DNA of 64,000 nt from Phyllosticta citribraziliensis. Lineage: Eukaryota. Below the pieces are notes generated by a model, which saw nothing but the letters and a program-made list of their open reading frames with translations, was not told the origin of the DNA and made no database searches. This document shows positions 10,701 to 22,790 of this stretch, in pieces. A program made the translations under genes and the position numbers. The stretch covers positions 992,001 to 1,056,000 of the forward strand of contig NW_027117341.1 in the NCBI RefSeq assembly GCF_038025025.1. The letters run 5' to 3'. The stretch's first letter is position 1, and each line of letters starts with the position of its first letter.

Positions 10701-13700
10701 CTATATAAGCCTAAATTAAAGCCTATTAAGAACTCCTCTTATTAGCCTATAGTTAGGTCTATAGCTACTCTTACTAAAAGTCCTAATAAAGAAAAGGAAG
10801 AATAAGAACTAGAAGAAATATTAATAGATTTACCTATAAGAAATAGACCTATATCTACTACTCTAGAAGAATTCTATAATTCTATACCTAATATAGAAGA
10901 TATAGCTATTTCTAAAGATATTCTTATAGGTATAGGAGATAATATATCTAATTCTTCTACCCCTTCTTCTAATTCTTCTACCTCTATTCTACCTAATACT
11001 AGTTAGGAAGAACTCTTTAAGAATAGTTATTCTAAAGATATTATAGCTTAGGAACTATTATTAGCTACTAATAATAAGGATCTAAATATTAAAGTAATAG
11101 ATAATAGATCTATTATATTTAAGGGACTACTTTATATACCTAAAAAATAGTATAATACCCTTATAAAGGCTATATATAAATCTCCTATCTATAGATACTA
11201 AGGAATAGCTAAAATAGTAGAAAGGATTAGCTAGAACTTTTATATACTAGATTTATATAAAAGATTAAGAGATATCCTAAAAAGTTACCTAGAATATATT
11301 AAATCTAAGTATTCTAGATATATACCTTATAGAGCTCTTAAACCTATTAAACTACCTAATTAGCTATAGGATTTTATAGCTTTAGACTTTATAATTAAGC
11401 TACCTAGCTCTAAAGTCCCTAGATCTAAAGATATATTTAATAATATTTTAATTATTACTAAAAGGATAACTAAATTCTCTTACTTTATACCTTATAAAGA
11501 AGATTCTAATATTAAGACTCTAGTATATACCTTCCTTAGGTATATAGTTAATTAATATAAAATACCTAGGACTATAATCTTAGATAGAGATTTTAAATTT
11601 ATATCTAAATTCTAGTAAACCTTTATAGATTAACTAGGATCTAAAACTAAATTATCTATAGCTTATTATCTATAAATAGATAGTTAAACTAAAAGAATAA
11701 ATTAAGTAATAGAGTAATATCTTAGGATATACTCTAATTATTAATAAAATAATTAGGTATCTCTATTACTATTAGCTTAATTTACTTATAATTCCTCTAT
11801 AATAGAAACTATAAGAATAAGTCTATTTTATACTAATTATAGCTTTAAACCTAATTACTTTAATAAACCTAAACTCTATAATAAGTTAGCTTAAGATGCT
11901 ATTATAAAATCTAATAATTTAAAGGAGTTATATAAATCTTTAGTTAAAGATATATATTTTATCTCTTATAAAATAGCTAAATATTATAACTAATAGTATA
12001 AGGATATACTAAACCTTAAAGAGGGGGATAAAGTATTTTTATTAAAAAGAAACCTCTCTATAAGATAACCCTCTAAAAAATTAGACTATATAAAGGTAGG
12101 ACCTTTTAAAATTATTAAAAAGGTCTCTAGTCTAAACTATAAATTATAACTACCTAAGGACTTACCTATATATCTAGTATTCTATATATTACTATTAGAA
12201 AAATACCTAGATAATATATATCTTATAACTAATAGAGAAGCTAAAGATTCTCTATTAATAGATAAAGATTATAAGGTAGAAAAAATACTAGATTATAAGT
12301 ACTATAAAGGAGCTTATAAGTACTTAATTAAATAGTTAGACTATCTATCTAATAAGAACTCCTAGGAACTAGAGGAAAACCTTATAGGAGCCTAAGATTT
12401 ATTTAAAAAATTTAAGGAGAAGTATCCTAATAAATTTATTAAGAAAAAGAAAAATAAGTACCTATACTTTTCTTCTATATAGTTATTTATATAACTACTT
12501 ATATAAAGTCTTTTTAAGCTTATTTTAAGCTTAATATTAGGCTAATATATCTAAAACTAATATCTATCTTAAGACTTACTTCTACTTTAACTTCTAGCCT
12601 TAATAGTAGAAGAACTAGTAGTATAATTTAGAAAAACTTTATATATTTATAATCTATAAACTTTTCTAGATTTTTTAATATATAATATTATATAATCTAC
12701 TATAGAAAAGTTTATACTACTTAAAGAGGAAAAACCTCTTTCCTTAATAATTACTTAACTAAATATAGATAGATTTCTAAAATTATTATATTTTTAAAAT
12801 AGTAAAATTCTACTTTTTAGGACTATATATTTATTTAGGTCTATATACCTCTAGTACTACTCTAATAAAAGAAAAAAAGGGAAAATTTACCTTTTCTTAT
12901 AAAAAATATTTAAAAGAGAGATTATAGTTAGATTCTTTAAGGCTACCTTTACTAAGGTCTATATATAAAGGTTCTAAATAGTTCTAGAATAGGAACTAGT
13001 TAGAATTAAAAAATTAATACTAGTAGAGACTTCTTCTTCTCTTAGATAAGTAAATAAGGTATAGCTATTATATACCTTATCCTTTAGTTCTAAAATAGGA
13101 CTAGAATTCTAAATATATCCTATACTTAGATTAAAAAAGTCTTAGGTCCTTTAAAAAGTATCTCTAATCTTAGTTAGCTCTCCTTTTAAAGAAGAAACTT
13201 ATTTCTTTAAAACCCCTATTTTAGCTCTTTTAATTAAAATAGATTACTCTATCTTATAAATCTTATTCTTAAGGCTATTTAGAGGAGTCCTTTTAGCCTT
13301 ATAGAGTTATTTAGCTATATATATATTAGTATTATACTTATATATATAGTTAAGAGTAGAGGACTTACTAAAAGAGTAAATTATCTTATTCTTTATATAA
13401 TTTATATAAGAATAAATAATAAATAGTTCTCCTTTTAGATTATCCTTATCTCTATTAGTCTAGGTATAGCCTAAGTAGTAGTAATATTTATAGTTTTTAA
13501 GGTAGAATTAGTAGGGTTTCTTATCTTTATCTAGAAGGCTAGAACCCTTACCCCTATTAAATAAAGGGATATAAGGGTACTAGGTAGAAAGAGATATAAT
13601 TATTCTATCTAGGACTAGACCTCTATAATCTCTATATACTTATAGAATATAGTATATATTCTAGGAAGGGGGGAGATAGCTATAATAACCTTTATTTAAG

Positions 13701-15356
13701 AAGATTTACTAAATTAGAAGCTTTCTAGGTAACTTTTAGATAAGCTTAATATATAAGCTTATAAAGTAGAATTAGGTAATTTAAATAGTATATTTCCTAT
13801 TCTAATCTAGTAACTTATTAGTAAGATATTTAAAAGAGAAAGAAATACTTAAATAATACTTCCCTATAGAAAATTACCTAGTAGATAGATAAACTTTAGA
13901 ACTTCTAGATAAATACTATAGCCTCTAAGGTATTATATAATAATACTCCTTAGGTTTAGTTACCCTCTAATCTATCTTAATATATAGGTCCTTTCTATAT
14001 AAAGACCTAACTAGGACCTCCCTACCTACCTAATAGAGACTAGGATACTAAAAACCTTATACTTAAGTTCTATACTTCTATATAATAGAAGTCTAGAATA
14101 TCTTTTAGAATTACTATATCTTAACTAGTTATTAAGTTATTATAGTTAGAAGTTATTAGGAAGAATAATCTACTTAATAACTTTACTTTAATTAAGGAAT
14201 CCTTACTTCCTTAATATCTAATTAAAACTAGGTTTTATTAGAGAGTTAGTTTTACTTTTAATATAGCCTCTATATAATTATATAGGTAGTAGATAACTAC
14301 TATATAATTATATAGGAAGAAAGATCCTTCCTATAATTTTTATTAGGTACTAGGCTCTAGATTAATTAGGCTAGTATATTTTATTAGTAATTAAGGAAAT
14401 TACTAATTAGTAAAGTACCTTCTTTCTAGTTATTCTAGTTATTAGTTAGGTATTATCTAACTCTCTAGTATTTTACTTTACTAGAAAGAATATACTTAGT
14501 TAGAGACTTTAGTCTATTATTATATAATAGATACTAGTTCTCTTAGTACTAGAGAAAGGTATATAAGAAGGCCTTAAATCTCTTTAAATAGCTTCTCTAA
14601 TAATAACTCTCTCTTTAACCTTTTAATTACTTTTATCTTTATTAAATTTACTCTTTTTATTTAAAAGACTTTTCTCTATCTATTTAAGACTACTAGTCTA
14701 TTAAGATATATATTTTATAACCTACTAATAAATAAACTAGAAGGGTATAGAGATATCTCTTTTAATATAGGCTTATATAGTAGTCCTCCTCTATATTAAT
14801 ACTAAAATAAGGTTATACCTCCTTACTTTAGTATTCTATCTTAGGGAACCTAGGAATTATATAACCTCTACTAGCTATAATCCTACCTTAGATACTTATA
14901 TAATAATATATATTTATTATATTAAGGGGACTAGGCCCTAGTATATAGTAATATCTATCTAGAGGCTAATTTCTCTCTAAGTAATTACTTAACTATTTAA
15001 GGATTATATAAGAGAATTAGGTACTTAGGGAAATTATCTATATATCTAAGCAGTCTTAGCTATTAAGCCTATTTATAGGGATAGCCTAGGTGACACTATT
15101 ATAGATAGGTACTACTATAAGTAGTAGAATTTAATCTATTATAATAGTCCTTACTATCTATAATACCTAAGCTAGTTTCCCTCTTAGCTAGTAGGAACTA
15201 GTACTAAGTAAGTAAAGATTCCTTTCTTACTAAGAAACTTCTACCTTAAATATCTTTATAAGTACTAGTACTATAGACTTAAGAGCTATACTATTTAATA
15301 GGGCTTAGTCTATAGTACTTATATATAATATTAGGGGATGAATAATCCGCTCGTTA
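4799..15356. mobile_element. Possible TIR (Tc1/mariner-type, TA-flanked) element F, ~1.3 kb without its insert, hosting element C
   Basis: The right end read on the minus strand is TA-ACGAGCGGATTATTCATCCCCTAA; the left end is TA-ATAAGTAG(N13)CCCCTAA, a RIP-compatible imperfect match. No transposase motif was recognised. Confidence 0.35.
5833..15103 (+). mobile_element. Complete chromoviral Ty3/Gypsy element C (9271 bp)
   Basis: 1423-bp LTRs at 5833-7255 and 13681-15103; TSD GATAG at 5828-5832 and 15104-15108; PPT at ~13663-13677. De-RIP motifs: protease ALIDTGA ~8562, RT YLDD 9804, RNase H ~10240-10600, integrase ~11170-12200, chromodomain YEVEKILD...KWLGY...SWEPEENL ~12268-12390. Confidence 0.95.
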
Positions 15357-16001
15357 TCTTTATACTTTAGTATCTAATCTTAGGTAAAGACCTTATTTTT
15401 ATAATAGATATAATCTCTAACTATAAAGTCTAGTATATAATAGTATTTATTAGCTTATTAGTATATATACTCTTAAAATTTAAGAATAAGGTTCTTAGTA
15501 AACTTAAAAGCTTCTTATCTTCTTTTTTATAGTATTTATACTACTATATAAGCTATTTTCTCTAGAGCCTAAGGAATCTTAGTTTATTATTACTAGTTAT
15601 AATATATTTATAGGGAATAGCCTAGTTTAATCTTAAAGGATAAAAGTCTAGTAGCTTTATAAGGAAGTATTACTTATATAAGGTCTATAGAGGGTAGAAG
15701 GTCTAACTAATTATTCTAAAAATAGTTAATAAAAGGTCTTAGCCTTTATATAAGGTACTAATTAATAATTTCTATATTACTATTAGTTTAAGAGTAATAT
15801 AAGGAGTTAAAATACTATTTAATACTAGTAAGCTTATATAGTTTATTTATAAATATAGAGATAAACTATAGGCCTTAGTTAGAAAGGATAGATTTAGGAT
15901 TTCTATAGATATAGTAGATATACTTATAGAAGAGTCTTTAGACTCCTTTAGTATTAATCTTCTTTATATAAGGTAAACTAAAGGTCTATTAACTTAACTA
16001 G
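15357..16001 (-). mobile_element. Family-B minus-strand copy, integrase core/C-terminal fragment (continuation of 53545-58455)
   Basis: De-RIP reading LSRRTFSLPC...YGNPESILSDRGPQFIS...YHSQTDGNTEIVNQYL continues in frame from ...MILVMVDR at 53545-53575. Truncated at 15357; no 3' LTR found. Confidence 0.88.
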
Positions 16002-16448
16002 TATGGTACTACTAGCCGGTACGGTTTTTATAGCTTTTAAAGGTTATTTTTTAGTGATTGTTATTCTTATTCTTAGCCGCGATTTTGGCTTAGATATAAG
16101 TAGAAGATTAGGCTAGCAAGAAAATAAGACTATAGGCGGCTCTAGAATACTAGGAAAACACAGTTCTATATAGTTTAGTAGTAATAATAATGGCTAATAA
16201 AATTATAAGTAAACTTAGTATCTTTAGTAGTAATAGGAGGTCTTATATTATTAGCATTTTTAGTAGTAGATTAGCTAGTTATATACCCCCTTTTATAGCT
16301 ACTTATAGAGAGGTACTACTTATATAAATAAAGTCTTTTATACCTAGTTAAACTATTATCTACTAAATACTTAGTTATTTATTTATTTATACTTATTATT
16401 TATACCTAAGTCTTATACTACTTAGATAATAAAATGATAGCTAGATAG

Positions 16449-19400
16449 TAAGATGAATTGATAGTAGATAGGTAGTAGAGTAGGTGTAAGGTCTATAAGG
16501 ATACTAAGGTATAGGGTTAGCTAAACCTTAGTTATATAGTAGTATATGCACCTAAGTAAGCTATAGGCTAAGTTAGCTATAGCTCTATATCCTCCCTACT
16601 ACTCTACCTTATAATTATTAATTATTAGCTAATTAACTCACCTTACTTAGTACTAATTTACTACTTTATAATATTATTATAAGGTTACCTTATTATCTCC
16701 TTAAGTAAGAGCCTAGGTTTCTATCCTAGCTAAAGACTTAAGCTAATAACTCTTCTTTTACTCTATTAAGTAGGTTTAGATTAAAACTACTATATATATA
16801 TATAATATATAAAACCTAGTTACTATATAATACTAACTAGATAGGTTACTAAAATAAGATATAGTACTATAAGTAGTATAGATAGCTATACCTATTAATA
16901 CTATAGCTTCTAAGGAGTAGGTTATAATTAGTATAGAGGACCTTAAATTAATAAAAGATATAATTAATAAAGTTAGAGGTATTAAGAATATAATAATTAC
17001 TAATAGATAGACTAATAAGTACTAGGTAGTTCTTAATTAGCTTATTACTAACTATTATAATAAAGATAAGTATTATTATAAGTATAAAACTAAAGTTACT
17101 ATACTCTAGAACTAACTAATAGCCCTCTAAAATAAGTATAATAAGTATAAGGCTTAGTAGCCTAATAACTTATATATAATAATTAATAACCTTTAAGCTT
17201 AGTTAACTATAAGTAAGGATAATACTAAAGCCCTCTATAATAAGGCTACTATTTACTCTACTAGTAATAGTAGCTCCTATCCTAAGCCCTAAGTCTATAA
17301 CCCTAATAAATTTAATACTAACCTAGATAAATATAAGGACTAGTATAGTAAACTTAATACTAATCTTTACCTTAATATACTTATTTAGGATAATAATACT
17401 AAAGTTACTACCTATATCTTATCCTACCTCTCTACTAAAGTAGGTAAAGCCTTTATTAGATACTAGAAGGATAGTATTATTACTATCTTATCCTTTAAGC
17501 TAAAGTATAAGCTTAATTCTATATATAGTATTAAGAATAAGTAAGGTAATACTATTACTAAGCTTAGTACTCTTATATAAAGTATAACCCTACTAAAAGA
17601 GTTCCTTATTAAGTTCTAGTCCCTTATTATAGCTACTAGCTAGGATAATATAATTATAAAGGAAAGTCTATTAGTTAAGCTCTTATATAGTAACTACTAT
17701 CTTATACTTACTTAATATAATAACTCTCTTAATAATATAGTCTCATTCCTTATAGAAATAGCTAATACCTAGGCCACTTATAACTATACCTTTAGTACTA
17801 AGGCTTATAAGGATAGTAATAATAATATATATACTAGTAGATATACCTCTTATAGAGCGCACAGTAGATATAGAGGATTCTATAGTAGCTAGGGTAGTAA
17901 TAGTACTAGTACTAGTACTAATACTACTTATATAGATAATAAGGATATAGATAAGGATAAGGATATTACTAGTAAATATAATATATCTATAGTAAAGTAC
18001 TATAACTATAATAGGATAGGCTATATCTCCTATAACTACCTAGATAAAAGTAAGGATAAGGTTTAGTCTATTTATATTATTAATACTAATTTAGAAAATG
18101 AGTAGCCTTACTTAAAGTTATAGAGTAGGGTATATAAGATAATAGTTTAGATAAGGATAGATTAAGTAATAATAGACTCTCTTTATCCTACTCTTATATT
18201 ATCTATATATATATTATAGGATAAGTTATCCCTCTCTAAGCCCTAGTAGATACTAGCTATAAAGGGTATATATATATTAATACTTTATTAGTAAACTATC
18301 TCTACTAGTATAGAGTATATAAGTAGCCTCTAGAAAAGCCTTATATTATAATAGGCTTTACTAGAAAAGACTACTACTAACTTATATACTAATTAAACTT
18401 CTACCTATAGGTAGGACTATATTATAACCTTTCTATACTATTTATAATTATACTACTTAGTAAGGATTATAATATATATATTAGCTAGAAGTACTAAAGG
18501 TAGTATAGCTTTATAATTAATATAGGAGCTAGTACCCTAGAGATTTAATAACTAGTAAATATAAATATAGGATTACTCTATAAAAATAGTAAATTATAGA
18601 TAATACCTAAAATCCTAAAGAGGATTCTACTAGTAGAATCTAGCTAATTAAATAATAAAGAAACCTACTAAATAGTTCTACTAGTAGAATTAGACTAATT
18701 AGAGTATAAGTAGCTAAGCTAGCTAGTTCTACTAGTAGAACTAGATAACTAAAAGACTTAAGATAAAAGTAGAAATTTCCTAATAGAAACTAATACTAAG
18801 TATACTTATAGTAAAGAATTAATTATAGTAATAATTAGATATAAGGCTCTATTACTATTACTATATAAGATATAAATAAAGTAGGATAGTACTAAAGATA
18901 TTACCCCTATCTTATAGTCTATATATAAAAAGATAGTTAAGAGGTATAGCCTAAAGGCCTATAGTACTATATTCCTACTTATAGATAATAATAGTAAGAT
19001 AGAAATAATAGTTTATTATCTTATTAATACTAACTACCCTAAAGTAATTAATAATATATAGAATAAAGGAGTAAATTATATTAGCTAAGAAGACCTTAAT
19101 TATTAATAGACTAAGTACTTAAAACTAGCTACTAATCTAAAGCCTAAAGTACTAGAGGAGTATTATAACCTACTTAAGGTATTTTCTAAAGAAGTATCTA
19201 ATAAACTTCCCCCTTCCTACCCTAGACTAGACTTTAAAATTAAATTAAGTAGTAATACTACTAGTATTAAATATAGTAGGCTATTATATATATCTAAAGT
19301 AATAGTAGGTAAGGTAAAGTAGTATATTTAAAAGAATAAGGCTAAGGATTTTATTAAGAAAAGCTACTCTTCTACCTTATCTTCTATTCTACTAGTTTAT

Positions 19401-22400
19401 AAGCCTAGAGGTAGTATATAGTTCTATATAGACTACTAATATCTTAATAGTATAATAAAGAAGGATAGATATACTATCCTATTAATTAATAAGACTATTA
19501 CTCTTATTAGGGGAGCTAAATAGTTAATTAAAATAGATATTAGGTAGGCTTTTAATTATATCCTAGTAGATAAAGACTTATATAATCTTATAATATTTTA
19601 AATAAAATTTAGTACCTATTATTATAAAGTAATACCCTTTAATATTACTAATAGACCTATAGTCTAGTAGTACCTTATTAACTAATACCTTATAGAGTTC
19701 CTAAATAAGTTTTATATAGTATACCTAGATAATATACTTATCTATAGTAAGATACTTAGTTAATATTACTAGTATATCTATAAAGTATTAAAATATCTCT
19801 AAGACTAGGATTTATAAGTAGATATTAATAAGTATAATTTCTATATATAAGAAATAAAGTTTTTAGGAGTAATTATTACTACTAAGGGACTAAGAATAGA
19901 CCCTATAAAGATTAAAGTAATTATAGGCTAGTAAGCCCCTTACTCTATATATAATATCTAATTATTCTTAGGATTTATAAACTTTTATAGGTATTTTATC
20001 TATAGATTTAGTAGTAAAGCTAAGCTAATAATATAACTAATAGGAAAGGATATCCTATTTATATAGGGACTAGAATAGTAGTAGGTATTTAAGGCTCTTA
20101 AAGATACTATAATAAGTATACCTATATTATACTACTTTAACCTAAAGCTTAAGACTATTATAGAAACTAATATATCTAATATTAATATTAGTAGGGTTCT
20201 CTCTTAGAAGATTAATAAATAGATATACCTAGTAGTATTCTTCTCCTATACTATAACCCTAGCTAAAATAAACTATATAATCTATAATAAAGAGCTATTA
20301 GCTATTATTATAGTACTTAAAGCCTAGGAGCTAGAGTTAAAGTTAGTAGATCTAGGACTATTTACTATATATACTAATTACTAGATACTATAATAGTTTA
20401 TAATAATTAAGAAGCTCTAAAGGTATTAGATTTAATAGAATAAAGAACTAGTAGGATACTATTTTAAAATTATCTACTAATCTAGAAAAGTAAATAGTAA
20501 AGCTAATACTCTTACCTACTAAATATAAGACTAAGTAACTAAGAATAATAATTATAACTAGTATTAGTATTAAGTACTACTTCCCCCTAAAAGATTAGAT
20601 AAGTCCTATAAATAGTAGGACTTAAAGCTCTTAAAAGAGGACTAGGTTAATTCTATTATAAATAAACCTAATAATAAGTATACTCCCTTCTATACCCCTC
20701 TAAAGGAGTATAAGGATAATATTATTAAAGATAACCTAGAGTATACTAAGGTAAAGCTAGAGAATAAGTAGCTAATACTACTTATTAGCTCTATATTCCC
20801 CCCTCTCCTAATATAATTTATAAATAATAATAATAATAACTATAAATAGGAAGAGTAGACCTTAATTAATAGGTTAAGCTTAAGAGAGATAGATTATAAT
20901 ACTCCTTCCTTACTTATCTTATCTTCTACTAGTATAGTAAACCTAATAACTAATAGAAAGAAAGATAATAGTAATACCTAGATAAAGGACTTTAAAGGGG
21001 TTACTAGCTAACTAGATACCTAAAGTAAATACCTAGTAGACCTAGAGGATATTATTAAAGTAATTAAATAGTATAACTATAAGATAATACTAGAGATAGA
21101 CTCTCTCTATAAGTATATAGGAGAGTATAAAGTATATATACTCTATAATAGCTTATTATATATAGCTAATAGGTTATATATCCTAGAGGAGAATAATCTA
21201 TATATCTACTTACTTAGGTATATCTATAAGTAGCTAGTAATAGGGTATCTAGGTATAGCTAGAATATACCCTATAGTATTAAGCTAGTATTATTTCCTAA
21301 AGATAAGGGAACTAATTACCTAACTTATAAAGAACTATATACTTTATAGCTATAGCTAGAAGTATAATAAGATAAATAGTCTACTTACTATAGCTATTAC
21401 TAGTAGAAGAGTACCTATAGGAGGACCTTACTATAGACTTTATAACTAGGCTTAAAAAGACTAAGTAGGGTTATAATACTATTCTTATAGTATATAACTA
21501 GTTTAGTAAATCTAAGTACTATATTAAGTATAATATAGAAGATAGTAGGATAGGAGTAGCTAAGATAGCTAAAATAATAATTAAATAGGTCTTTAGCCTC
21601 TATAGCCTATTAAGGACTATTATCTTAGACTATAGCCTATAGTTTATTACTAATTTATAGAGAGAGGTATTATAGTAACTTAAGATAATAGCTAAGCTAA
21701 TAATACCCTATTACCTATAGTTAGATAGATAAACTAAATAAGCTAACTAAGAGCTTAAAAAGTATTTATATAGCTTTATTAACTAATAATAAGATAACTA
21801 GGATATATAGCTCCTAATTACTAAGCTTATAACTAATATACTAGTTAATACCTCTATAGGTATATCTCCCTTCTTTATATATTATAGTTTTAAACTATAT
21901 ATAAGCTTTAATTATAGTAAAGTAAGACTAAAGTTAAAATTAAGAGCTAAGGTATTAGCTATAGAATAGGTAAAACTAATAGAGAATATCTAGTTAAAGA
22001 CTTAGTTAGTACTTATACTTATAAAGGAGAGATAAGTATACTAAGCTAATAAATACTAATATATTTATAATATTTAAGAGAATAACCTTATCTTTATTAA
22101 AGTAAAGTATATAGATACTAGATACCCCTAGAAGCTTAGATAGCCTAATCTAGGGCTATATTAAGTAGACTCTATAAGAGGTAACTAGGTAATATTAGAC
22201 TTACTATAAGGTTCTTATATTATAAACTAATTTAATATAGAATAGTTATATTAATATAATAATAGGCTACTACCTAGTTAATAAGAGCTACCCCTACTAC
22301 TAGAGCTAAATAATAAGAGTAAAGAGGAGTAGTATATATAGGAGGTCCTAGATACCTAGATAAATAAGTAAAGGGGAGGTATACTATAGTTTTAGATTTA

Positions 22401-22790
22401 TTAGATAGGATATCTACCTAATATAACCTAGTAGGATACTAATAATAGCTTATTTAATAGGGTAGCTAAGACTATCCTAGATTAGTATTAGATAAATAAT
22501 AAAAAGGGACTATACCTACCTAATAGCTAGTCCTTAGGTTAAGGACCTAAAGGGGAGGGGGGTAGTAAGATAAATTAATAGTAGATAGGTAGTAGAGTAG
22601 GTATAAGGTCTATAAGGATACTAAGGTATAGGGTTAGCTAAACCTTAGTTATATAGCAGTATATATACCTAAGGAAGCTATAGGCTAAGTTAGCTATAGC
22701 TCTATATCCTCCCTACTACTCTACCTTATAATCATTAATTATTAGCTAATTAACTCGCCTTACTTAGTACCAATTTGCTGCTTTATAATA
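16449..22790 (+). mobile_element. Complete chromoviral Ty3/Gypsy element G (6342 bp) inserted in the 5' LTR of D
   Basis: 225-bp LTRs at 16449-16673 and 22566-22790; TSD GATAG at 16444-16448 and 22791-22795 (single copy in D's other LTR); PPT 22551-22562. CCHC knuckle ~17995-18043, RT YLDD 19722, chromodomain ~22325-22460. Confidence 0.95.
18623..18790 (+). repeat. 51-bp-period repeat with palindromic core TTCTACTAGTAGAA in pol of G
   Basis: Core copies at 18625, 18676 and 18727, plus a degenerate fourth at ~18777. Confidence 0.85.

Noticed and set aside
18623..18790. CRISPR-like array
   Set aside because: Eukaryotic retroelement coding context, only 3-4 units, in-frame 51-bp period, related spacers, no cas genes.
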